This document shows, piece after piece, positions 8,755-18,069 of a stretch of DNA of 64,000 bases. Position numbers and translations under genes: made by a program. The DNA comes from Candidatus Poribacteria bacterium (GTDB lineage Bacteria; Poribacteria; WGA-4E; WGA-3G). The notes under the pieces were generated by a model. The model was given only the letters and a program-made list of their open reading frames with translations, had not been told where the DNA came from and searched no databases. The stretch spans positions 3,456,001 through 3,520,000 of the forward strand of contig OZ240248.1 in NCBI GenBank assembly GCA_965198235.1, written 5' to 3'. Positions within the stretch are counted from its first letter, which is position 1. The number at the start of each line of letters is the position of its first letter.

Positions 8755-9942
8755 TTAATCAGCAGCGGGGGCAAAGGTGTCAGGATTTTCCGCCGCGGCA
8801 TCATAATCGTCAATCAATTGAGTAATGACGGGGTTATCCCCGCAAAGTGGGCAGTTTTCATCTCGGTTGATTTTCAGTTCACGACAGGTCATGCTGAGTG
8901 CTTCGTAGAGGATGAGCCGCCCGATGAGGGGTTCGCCGATACCGATAATGTATTTAATCGCTTCGGTTGCCATCATGACACCAATTACGCCTGGGAGCAC
9001 GCCCAGGACACCTGCCTCACTTCAGCTGGGCACCATGCCCGGAGGGGGTGGTGTTGGGTACATGCATCGGTAGCACGGTCCCTCGTGTGGTTTAAAGAGC
9101 GATACCTGTCCCTCAAATTGGAAAATACTGCCGTGAACTATCGGCTTGTTCATCAACACCGCGGCATCGTTGACGAGAAAACGGGTCGCGAAGTTATCGC
9201 ATCCGTCGACAATCAGGTCGTATTCCGAAAAGATTTCTTCAACGTTATCCGCTGTCAAGCGGAGGTTATACGGTGTGATGTCGATATCTGGGTTCAAGGA
9301 CTTGATTGTCGTTGTCGCTGATTGAACCTTCGGTGTGCCGACCGATTCTGTACGGTGAAGGATCTGACGTTGGAGGTTGCTGAGCTCGACAACATCGGAA
9401 TCGATGATACCGAGGTGTCCAACACCGGCAGCACCGAGGTATACACCCGCGGGTGAACCTAAACCGCCCGCGCCGACGAGCAGCACCTTCGCATCAAGGA
9501 GTTTCGCTTGTCCCTGTTCTCCAACCTCAGTGAGCATAAAGTGGCGACTGTAACGATCCAGTTGCTCATGGGTCATTGGTTTATCTTGTGCAGTCGAGTA
9601 ACCCGCCGCCGTCCAATCGCGATATCCACCCGCAACAGAGACGGTATCGGTGTAACCCATTTCGCGTAGTGATTTCGCAGCGAGGAGGGAACGGAGTCCT
9701 GCTGCACAGTAAATGACGACCTTTTGGTTTCGGTCCGGGATGTAGTTCTCAACCGAAAATTCCAGCATTCCCCGTGTGACGTGCACCGCGTTGGGGATAT
9801 AGCCAGCGCGATATTCATCTTCGTCACGCACATCGAGTAGCACGAAATCGCTTTCTTTGTCCTGTTCGCTTTTTACCTCAGCGACGGTTACCTCCGGGAT
9901 TTCTGTTTTAGCTTCCTCAACGATTTGCCTATAGGATTTCAT
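8755..9942 (-). CDS. moeB: Rhodanese-MoeB/ThiF (E1-like adenylyltransferase) fusion, probable selenoprotein (UGA=Sec at 9022-9024), 395 aa
   Basis: Track ORFs 9022-9942 and 8755-9000 are in one frame, joined by TGA in MVPS-U-SEAGVLGVLPG (homologues have PSC.E.GVLG); rhodanese CAAGLRS; RYSRH, GAGGLGSP, SNLQRQ, PCYRC, CPLCG. Confidence 0.9.
8990..9007 (-). promoter_or_regulatory. Candidate bacterial SECIS hairpin
   Basis: CCUGGG-CGUGCU-CCCAGG stem-loop starting 14 nt 3' of the in-frame UGA; G at loop position 2. Confidence 0.7.
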
Positions 9943-10026
9943 GAGATTTTTCTCCTGCGGAAAAGGAATATGAATATCCGAGTTTCATATTCTTGTTCCT
10001 TATGTTTTGTCTTTTGCACTTGCAAA

Positions 10027-10055
10027 ATTATATCACAACCACGTGATATTGTCAA
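10027..10055 (-). promoter_or_regulatory. sigma70 promoter of moeB with an embedded palindrome ATATCAC-N6-GTGATAT
   Basis: Perfect TTGACA-N17-TATAAT on the minus strand; inverted repeat at 10030-10049. Confidence 0.75.
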
Positions 10056-10391
10056 TCTTTTATTTTTTTAGGGCAGAAGGAGGGTAAGGATAGAAAAATG
10101 GCGGTTTCCTGATAGGAGTATCAGCAAGGATAGGCAGGGATCAACAATCAGAGGTCGGTCAAGTCGCGAGTCTGGGGTGCGATTCAGACCTGAGGCACAG
10201 AAAATGGAGAGAATTTCAGAGTATTCAGAGTAAAACGTAAAAAATGGAAAACTAAATAGCCCTGGCCAACAAACAATATTCCCTTGACTTTTTACTTGAA
10301 TATAGGGTAAACTTAAAACAAGTTATATCTGCGGGAAAACCCCATCCCCGAACCACTGTTATCCCAAATAAAATGAAGGTTACTGCCTCCT

Positions 10392-12317
10392 ATGCCGAAA
10401 CAGAATTTCAACGAAAAATTGACCGTACTCCTCAAAACTCATCCCGACTTCCTTGACGATGCAGGCGAACTCATCCTCGCCGCCGTCAGAGACCACGCAT
10501 GGCAACTCAACCACGACCTCATCAAACTATTGCTCACTGACGACGAAATAAAGACAACCTTCTTTGACGAAATTGACGGGCATTGGGTTTTCAACCATAA
10601 CACCTTCATCAATTACATCACCGACAAAAACTTCCTCGCCAACTCCTACACCCAATTCCGCAACAAGATCGGCTTGAACATCGGCGGCAAATTCCTACGC
10701 GAACGCGGCGAGGTGTCCCTCGTTTGGCCCTATAAAGATTGCGTCTTGGAGGGCGGGCAGACGAAAGAAGAGGAAAAGCGTAAAGAGATTTTCTTTAACG
10801 AAACCCTTGCCCAAGACGAAATCAATCGGATGTTCGATCCGAAGGTCCTCACCAACTATAAGCGCCACACTGCTGAAGGTGAACAAGCGGTAACAGAGAT
10901 CCAACGGGACGAGAACGGTATCATTCGCGAAAACCTCATCATCAAAGGCAACAACCTCATCGCGCTCCACACCCTCAAACAGCAATTCCGTGGACAGGTC
11001 AAACTGATTTACATCGACCCGCCGTATAATACCGGAAGTGATAGTTTCAGTTACAACGATAGTTTTAACCATTCCAGTTGGCTGACTTTTATGAGAAATC
11101 GGTTGGAAGTAGCAAGGGAGCTTTTGAAGGATGATGGCGTTATCCTGGTTCACATTGATGATCAGGAAATGCACTATTTGAAACTTGTAGCTGATGATAT
11201 ATTCGGCAGAGATAACTTCATCGCTACTGTTCCGAGGAAAACTCGGAGCGGAAAAAGCGATGTCCCTTACAAACTATCACAGGACTTCGACTGGATGCTG
11301 ATGTACACAAAAGGCACATCGAAAAAAGATAATCTCTTCCAGCGGGACGTTTCACGAAAATATTACAAGACCTCCGATTTTCCTGACGACGAATGGAGAC
11401 TAAGCGACCTTACGACTCAACGGACAATTCACGAACGACCTAATTCCGATTTCACATTGGTAAACCCGAGAAATGGAGAAGGATTTCCGGTAAATCCCAA
11501 TCGCTGCTGGGGTATCACCAAAGATTCAGTAGATGGATATCTCAGAAAGGGAAAAATAGTCTTTCCGGGTGACTATGATTTTCTCAGCATAAAGCGTCCT
11601 GCTATGCGGGTTTTTAAGTCGGAAGATATAGGAAAAATGGCTTATGTGTCTTCGGATTTTCTGAATCAGGTAATGGATGAATTACTGAAAAGTATGGTCA
11701 ACAGGAAGGGCACAGACGAAATTGTGGAGATTTTTGGGAGAAAAGCATTTGCCTATCCAAAGAATGAACTATTGATGCAACGCATTATTGAATACATAAC
11801 AAAAGCAGGAGATATCGTTTTAGATTTCCATTTGGGCTCAGGCACAACCGCCGCCGTTGCTCACAAAATAGGCAGGCAATATATCGGCATCGAGCAAATG
11901 GATTACGCCGAAACTCTCCCCGTTGAACGCTTAAAAAAAGTGATTGCTGGTGAACAAGGTGGCATCTCCGAATCCGTCAATTGGCAGGGCGGTGGTGATT
12001 TTATCTTTTGCGAACTGATGCTATACAATCAAGCCTACATAGACAAAATTCAATCTGCACACTCCTCCGAAGTGCTTGTAGCACTCTGGCGAGACATCGC
12101 CGAAAACGCGTTCTTGAACTGGTACGTCAACCCCGAAGTCCCAGAAGAAGCAATAAACGATTTCATCGCCATCGGTGATCTTGAGAAACAGAAGCATTTG
12201 CTGGTAGAATTGTTGGATAAAAACCAACTCTACGTCAACCTCTCCGAAATAGAGGACGCGGATTTTGAGGTGAGTGCGGAAGATAAAGTGTTGAACAAGA
12301 CTTTTTATGGAAAATAA
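10392..12317 (+). CDS. mod: Type III restriction-modification methyltransferase (Mod), N6-adenine
   Basis: NLIIKGNNLIAL, IYIDPPYNTG (motif IV), FAYPKNE, VLDFHLGSGTTAAVA (motif I), GEQGGIS..VNWQGGG. Confidence 0.92.
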   Translation: MPKQNFNEKLTVLLKTHPDFLDDAGELILAAVRDHAWQLNHDLIKLLLTDDEIKTTFFDEIDGHWVFNHNTFINYITDKNFLANSYTQFRNKIGLNIGGKFLRERGEVSLVWPYKDCVLEGGQTKEEEKRKEIFFNETLAQDEINRMFDPKVLTNYKRHTAEGEQAVTEIQRDENGIIRENLIIKGNNLIALHTLKQQFRGQVKLIYIDPPYNTGSDSFSYNDSFNHSSWLTFMRNRLEVARELLKDDGVILVHIDDQEMHYLKLVADDIFGRDNFIATVPRKTRSGKSDVPYKLSQDFDWMLMYTKGTSKKDNLFQRDVSRKYYKTSDFPDDEWRLSDLTTQRTIHERPNSDFTLVNPRNGEGFPVNPNRCWGITKDSVDGYLRKGKIVFPGDYDFLSIKRPAMRVFKSEDIGKMAYVSSDFLNQVMDELLKSMVNRKGTDEIVEIFGRKAFAYPKNELLMQRIIEYITKAGDIVLDFHLGSGTTAAVAHKIGRQYIGIEQMDYAETLPVERLKKVIAGEQGGISESVNWQGGGDFIFCELMLYNQAYIDKIQSAHSSEVLVALWRDIAENAFLNWYVNPEVPEEAINDFIAIGDLEKQKHLLVELLDKNQLYVNLSEIEDADFEVSAEDKVLNKTFYGK

Positions 12318-12628
12318 AAAAGCCAGGAATATAGGATTGTGCTGGGCCGTAGCCTTCCAATAATAAGGAGAAAGAATGACTGAGGAAAGAAAAGAGGAAC
12401 TAAGGCAGTTGCTACAGAAAGCAACTGCACCGGAGAATTTGGAAATTGGAGACAGGTTTTCATTTCTGCCTATAAACGTTTATAGAACGTACTTACAGCA
12501 GTACCGGACATCTTATTGGGTACATTTTAATCCCCATATTGTAAATGAAGGAATAAAATTAAAACTGATTAATTTCATCAGAGAAGAGTTCGCTCCATTT
12601 ATCCGTGAAGACCTGATTTTACCTGCTA

Positions 12629-13869
12629 GTAGTCGTTCAATGTTGAGTTTGTAGTAAAGTTTGTTGACTTTTTGGGATGTTCTGTGATATATTCTTGATA
12701 TAATTTGAATCTCATCTCAAAGAGGCCTCCGATGAAAAAACATAAAGTTGAACTGACCTGTGAAGAACGTCAGACGCTACAAACGTTAGTTCGCAAGGGA
12801 CAACACAGTGCACTGAAGCTCATGCGTGCCCACATTTTGCTGAAGGCAGATAGCAATGGCCCCGGCTGGACGGATGCCCAAATCGCCGAGGCGTTCGGGT
12901 GCCATGAGCAAACCGCCTACAATGTTCGCAAACGTTTTGCGAGGCGCGGGTGTCTCTCTGCCTTGGACCGCAAACCCCAAAGTCGACCGTCTCACGTGCG
13001 GAAACTTGATGGTCAAGGCGAGGCGCGTTTGATAGCCTTGGCTTGTAGCAATCCGCCCGAGGGGTTCTCTCAGTGGACGCTGCAACTGCTCGCTGATGAA
13101 CTCGTTGAACTTCAGATTGTTGAAAGTATCTCTATTGAAACTGTTCGACAGACCCTAAAAAAAACGCCTTACGTCCGCATCGGTGGTCCTACTGGGTGAT
13201 CCCACCCGATGAAGATGCAGACTTCGTTGCGGCGATGGAGGCGGTCTTAGAGGTTTACCAGCGCCCTGAAGACGCGCGGTTTCCCGTTGTCGCTATGGAC
13301 GAACGTCCCGTGCAGTTGCTCGAAGACATCCGGTCTCCTGTGCCTGTCAAACCCGGGCGCATCGCACGTATCGATTACGAGTATAAGCGCATTGACGTGG
13401 TTTCTGCTTTCTTGTTTACCAACGCGCTTCAAGGGTGGCGGCGGGTCTCAGTGCGTCAACGCCGCACTGCCATAGATTGGGCAGAGGAAGTCAAGCACCT
13501 TTTAGAGGAAGTCTATCCCGATGCCGAGCGAGTGACATTGGTTTGCGATAATCTCAATACACATAAACTTACCTCTCTCTATAAAGCGTTTGCTGCCGAG
13601 GCGGCACTTGGGTTGTCTTCACGGTTAGAGTTGGTGCATACCCCGAAGCATGGGAGTTGGTTGAACATCGCTGAGATAGAACTCAGTGTCTTCTCAAGAC
13701 AATGTTTGAATCGGCGGATCCCTGACTTAGAGACGCTTCGATCAGAGGCAGAGGCGTGGCAAGAGTATCGCAATAAGACTGCGAACCGGGTCGATTGGCG
13801 GTTTACTACACAAGACGCACGCATCAAACTCAAAAGACTATACCCTAAAACTCAACCTTGATGCACTAC
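12629..13869 (+). mobile_element. IS630-family insertion sequence
   Basis: Imperfect TIRs GTAGTCGTTCAATGTTGAG / CTCAACCTTGATGCACTAC, duplicated TA in a CTAG target. Confidence 0.92.
12732..13861 (+). CDS. IS630 transposase (HTH orfA + DDE orfB joined by a -1 frameshift at the A8 run 13157-13164)
   Basis: orfA HTH 'LIALACS.PPEG..WTLQLLA'; -1 frame reads NALRPHRWSYWVIPP into MDE, DNLNTH, TPKHGSWLNIAEIE. Confidence 0.9.
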
Positions 13870-13882
13870 TAGTTATTTTCTA

Positions 13883-14973
13883 TAGGACTTACGCAATAGT
13901 TTAGAAAAGTGTTATACTTAGAGATTATGAAAACCTTATCCCTCTCAGAAAAGAAGCAGCCGTTATTTTCGGATTACTGTCAGTTTCTGTTAGCAAGTTT
14001 CGACAACTTCACACAGACGTATTTTGCGGATCACACCGAGAAGTGGAGTCATGACCCACTCAATCGTCTGCTGCGTGAAGAACGTATCTCTGCTGGCGAC
14101 TTGTGGCGATCGGTGAAAAACGATATAGAGTTTCATCCAGACGGCTACCTCCTCTTTGACGATACCGTTGTGTCAAAACCCTACGGAAACCAAGCGATTC
14201 AACCGGTTCGCAGACAATGGAGCGGTTCTGAGAAGCGCGTCGTTGAAGGTATCGGTATTGTCACATGCGTCTATGTCCATCCAAAGACGCATGCCTATTG
14301 GATCATTGATTATCGTATTTATGACGTTGACCGAGATGCTAAAACCAAGTTGGAGCATCTTCTGGATATGTTGCGGAATGCTCATTTCGTCAAACGTCTA
14401 CCTTTTCGGACGGTGTTGATAGATGCCTGGTATGCTTCAATGAACGTCATGAAAGCGATTGAAGCACTTTCTAAAGTCTACTATGCGCCCCTGAAACGTA
14501 ATCGTCTTGTCAGCACTTCGGTAGAAACGCCTTACCCACGCATTGAGGCACTGACATGGACACCTGCTGAAGCGTCTGAAGGCACACTCGTGCATATCAA
14601 TAAGTTTCCCAAAGGTCATCAAGTGAAGGTGTTTCGGCTCGTGTCCGACTCCGGGCGCACGGAATATATTGCCACCAACGATTTATCTCAATCCGATACC
14701 GAGGCGACGCAACAGAAATGTCGTCTCCGCTGGAAGATTGAGCAACTTCACCGGGAACTGAAACAGACGACAGGGATTGGCGAGTGTCAGTGTCGTCAGC
14801 ATCGTGCCCAACGCAATCACATCGCCTGTTGTCTATGGGTCTGGGTCTCTCTGACGCGTGCTGCTCGGGCAGCCGGTCAAACCATTTATCAACTCAAGGA
14901 AAGTTTACGCCATGACTACATGCGACAACAACTTCAAAAACCTACTATTTCTGTCAATATTGCGTAAGTCCTA
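13883..14973 (+). mobile_element. IS701-family (IS4-like DDE) insertion sequence
   Basis: 16-bp TIR TAGGACTTACGCAATA / TATTGCGTAAGTCCTA; 5-bp TSD TTCTA at 13878-13882 and 14974-14978. Confidence 0.9.
13909..14967 (+). CDS. IS701-family transposase
   Basis: FDDT..KPY, IDYRIYD.D.D.KTK, DAWY, RWKIEQLHRELKQ motifs; stop lies within the right TIR. Confidence 0.9.
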   Translation: MLYLEIMKTLSLSEKKQPLFSDYCQFLLASFDNFTQTYFADHTEKWSHDPLNRLLREERISAGDLWRSVKNDIEFHPDGYLLFDDTVVSKPYGNQAIQPVRRQWSGSEKRVVEGIGIVTCVYVHPKTHAYWIIDYRIYDVDRDAKTKLEHLLDMLRNAHFVKRLPFRTVLIDAWYASMNVMKAIEALSKVYYAPLKRNRLVSTSVETPYPRIEALTWTPAEASEGTLVHINKFPKGHQVKVFRLVSDSGRTEYIATNDLSQSDTEATQQKCRLRWKIEQLHRELKQTTGIGECQCRQHRAQRNHIACCLWVWVSLTRAARAAGQTIYQLKESLRHDYMRQQLQKPTISVNIA

Positions 14974-16138
14974 TTCTATTTGGAGGACCTAGCGAGGGAT
15001 TCTCTCTGGATGACCTACTCACACAACTTCTAAAAATTACCATTGCTCACGGTGTAGAAAGAGTAGTATCAGATTTTGATCGATGCACCACAGATAAGTT
15101 CGGTTCGGTTCAATATATTGCATTACTTGAGGGAATAAGACTAAAAACAGAGATCCAAGTTTTTGATGGAATACGGCTTGTTCCCCTTTCAAATTCAACC
15201 TTAGAACTCCCGCGTTATTTGTCTAATATTAGCATCAGTGGCACATCAGTAGATTTCTTCTTAGAAAAAACATTGCTCATCATTGATTGTTCTGTGTCCC
15301 CCATATTTCACAAACCTTTCGGATCAATAACATTTCAAGAATATGACGAGCGCGAAAAACGGGCATTTCAGATTGAGATGAGTAGCAAAGATTTTCCATA
15401 CCTTAAGGTGGATGATTTTCCTGTAATTCTTCTTTGCCAAGCATTGGCTTTAGCTTGCAATTCGGCAGTTGAAATTTCTCTCGTTACCAGATTTTTGGCG
15501 GAAGATAAACTCTATAATCTTAACTTCGGAATAGGTGGTGGAGTCTCTATGTATCGCGGTCCCTTTGGAACCTTCGCTGAGGCAGGGCAGCCTGAAATAG
15601 ATAAAGCCAAATTCCTGTACAACATCTTGGTCAACCCATCTTCAAACCTTAAGGAAAGACTGCGGATAACGATTGATAGATGGATAAAGTCAAAAGTAAA
15701 TAAGGATCCCGTTGATAGAATCATTGATCTAGGGATAGCCCTTGAATCCCTATACTTATCGGGGACAGAGTCCAAAAATGAAATACGTTTTAGGTTTAGT
15801 CTTCATGCTGCTTGGCACTTGGGAGAAAATAAAGAACATAGGGAAGGGCTAATGAAGAAGTTCAAGGCAATATATGATTGGCGTTCCGCGGTTGTTCACA
15901 CAGGGAAACTGCCCGAGAAAGGAAGGGGAAAAAAGAAAAAATCGTATACTCAAGAAGAGGTTAGAGAGTTTATCCGCAACGCTCAAGACTTATGTCGGGA
16001 CTCAATAATGAAGATTTTGGAAGAAGGGAAATTCCCCGATTGGAACAATTTAATACTCGGTTAAGTTGATATTTAACGCCGAACACTATATAATAAATTG
16101 TCGTGTAACACCAAATTAATTTTCCATGTTCATAGGCG

Positions 16139-17188
16139 ATGCAAAAAGAAACAGAATTACTCACTTTTTTCGATTTTCCAATTGAACAATTTCCAGACCG
16201 GAGCACGCGATGGCTGTTAGAAGACAAGGAAAACGTCCGGGGGTTGTTAGAAATTGTTGCCGAGCATCTGGTTGCGCATCTTGATTTTCGTCGACTCGCG
16301 CATATCAATAGGAGTTTTATCCCTGACAACCTTCGCGAGCAAGAATCCGACATCGTGTATAGGGTGCCGTTCCGTAGTGAATCGAAAACCGATGAACTCT
16401 TAATTTATATACTCATTGAGCATCAGTCGACGATCGACGTAACGATGGGATTTCGACTGCTGTTCTATATGACCCAGATTTGGGATTTCCAACGCCGCGA
16501 GTGGGAATCAAGCAACATTCCTAAAAGCCAGTGGCGTTTCCGTCCCATTATCCCGATTGTGTTTTATACCGGAGAGCAAAGATGGCAAACACCGCTAACG
16601 CTCAGGACTGTGATGGATTTGCCCGATGCGCTTTCCGAGTTCGTTCCGAAATTTGAGACCCTATTTTTCAGCGTAAAGGACACCGATGCAGCAAATCTAA
16701 CGAGAACCGACCATCCATTCGGATGGTTGCTGACCGTCCTACAAAAGGAGCATGCAAACAAAGAAGAGATGCGCACCGCGTTGAGGCAAGCGGTAGCACA
16801 TATTGACACCCTTGATGAAGAGAAAACGCAGCAGTGGCGACGGGCGGTTTTCTATCTGTATCTACTAATCCTCCATCGTCGTCCAACTGAAGAACACGAC
16901 GAATTGAAAACGCTGGTTCAACAGCAAATCCAAGAAACTTCTCGTAGAGAGGAGGGAGAAACAATGGCACAGACAATGGCTGAATACTTGATTGAACAGG
17001 GTGAGAAACGCGGTGAAACACAAGCGAAACGTGAAGCAGTCCTCAAACTGCTGCGATTTCGATTCAATATCGTTCCCGAATCCGTTACTCGCAAGATTTC
17101 CGTAATGCGGAGCCTTTCGCGCCTTGATGCACTCTTTGAGGCAGCCTTGATTGCCCAAACACTCGATGACATTGATTGGGAAGACTAA
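16139..17188 (+). CDS. Rpn-family recombination-promoting nuclease / putative transposase (PD-(D/E)XK)
   Basis: SFI..NLRE.ESDIVY, YILIEHQST, RLLFYM..IW, PIIPIVFYTG, C-terminal 'MAE.LIEQGEKRG' repeat. Confidence 0.9.
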   Translation: MQKETELLTFFDFPIEQFPDRSTRWLLEDKENVRGLLEIVAEHLVAHLDFRRLAHINRSFIPDNLREQESDIVYRVPFRSESKTDELLIYILIEHQSTIDVTMGFRLLFYMTQIWDFQRREWESSNIPKSQWRFRPIIPIVFYTGEQRWQTPLTLRTVMDLPDALSEFVPKFETLFFSVKDTDAANLTRTDHPFGWLLTVLQKEHANKEEMRTALRQAVAHIDTLDEEKTQQWRRAVFYLYLLILHRRPTEEHDELKTLVQQQIQETSRREEGETMAQTMAEYLIEQGEKRGETQAKREAVLKLLRFRFNIVPESVTRKISVMRSLSRLDALFEAALIAQTLDDIDWED

Positions 17189-17193
17189 GGTTG

Positions 17194-17364
17194 ATGATAC
17201 TTGAGCAATTCCTTCATGAACAACTCGAAATCGCATTCAACTTTGGGATTCCCAATAGCAAATATCGCGTTATTGGTGTTCCTTCATTCTATCACGAGAG
17301 ATACGAGAATCAATTCAAAGACGACCTTAATACGGCGTTGGCAGAAACCGCCCAATCCTTATAA
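17194..17364 (+). pseudogene. Probable internally deleted type III Res subunit remnant
   Basis: 56 codons; 'NSKYRVIGVPSFYHERYENQFKDDL' resembles the extreme C-terminus of Res proteins paired with this Mod subtype (recognised from memory). Confidence 0.5.
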
Positions 17365-17389
17365 ATCCCTTCCTACTAATCATTGATAA

Positions 17390-18063
17390 TTGACAACGAA
17401 AAAATTGACAAACGGACAATAGACATGCTAAAATAGATGTGGATGTCTGAAGTCCGTCCTATAGATTAACGCATCATTCCTAAAGACTGGAACACATCGT
17501 CACGGGATAAGGTTTCTATCTAACAATTGGCACAAGCAAAAACGGAGAGTCGAACGTATCCACTATCGGATTGCGTGTATCCGAGAAGACGCACACCACA
17601 AAGCGACGACTGCGATCGTCAAGAGTGCGAGTGCTATTGGCATCGAAACGCTGAAAGTGTCGAACCTACTAAAGCACCGAAAACTCTCAAAATCCCTGTC
17701 TGATTCAGCTTTGGGTGGATTTTTGAGTAAATTGAAAAGCAAAGCAGAAACACTGTGTGTCAAAGTCGTAGAGGCCCCACAGTTTTTCGCCTCAAGTAAA
17801 ACCTGTAGCAGTTGTGGTCATAAGAAAGAAGCATTGTCGTTAGCAGAGAGGCAGTATTATTGCCAAAGTTGCGGTTTCACCGAAGATCGTGACGTAAACG
17901 CTGCTATCAACCTAAGAACCCTCGCCCGCGGTTCGCTGGGAGAGGTAAAACGCCTTGTGGAGTCCGTGTAAGACCTCGTTTGGAGGCAGTGGACGTTGAA
18001 GCAGGAACACTAAAACGAGATATATCCGCTTTTGTGTTGATATATCCAGTTTTGAAGGAACAG
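17390..18063 (+). mobile_element. Non-autonomous IS607/IS605-type element with truncated tnpB (boundaries approximate)
   Basis: TTGACA-N18-TAAAAT promoter at 17405-17434, tnpB remnant, then GAAGCAGGAA, GATATATCC direct repeats and a TTTTGAAGGAACAG end. Confidence 0.65.
17465..17971 (+). pseudogene. tnpB: TnpB remnant (RuvC-II, Zn ribbon, RuvC-III; N-terminal part deleted)
   Basis: SNNWHKQKRRVERIHYRIACIREDAHHKATT, IGIETLKV, SSKTCSSCG, CQSCG..DRDVNAAINL; no usable start or RuvC-I. Confidence 0.85.
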
Positions 18064-18069
18064 TTATCA

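Larger units (their letters stand above)
12376..16064 (+). pseudogene. HEPN (ApeA-like) domain gene interrupted by two IS elements; reconstructs to 449 aa
   Basis: Joining 12376-12628 + 13872-13882 + 14979-16064 gives one open frame (…ILPASYFLFGGPSEG…); C-terminal 'IDLGIALESL…YDWRSAVVH' (RxxxxH). Confidence 0.85.

Noticed and set aside
8755-9942. moeB as a nonsense pseudogene or two genes
   Set aside because: The stop is UGA exactly at the conserved Cys, the downstream frame is intact, and a SECIS-like hairpin follows
12705-13861. IS630 transposase as a frameshifted pseudogene
   Set aside because: The A8 slippery site at the orfA/orfB junction is the usual programmed -1 frameshift position in this family
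15219-16064. Stand-alone 281-aa gene
   Set aside because: The frame stays open back to the IS junction at 14979 and joins the 12376 ORF; it is the 3' part of an interrupted gene
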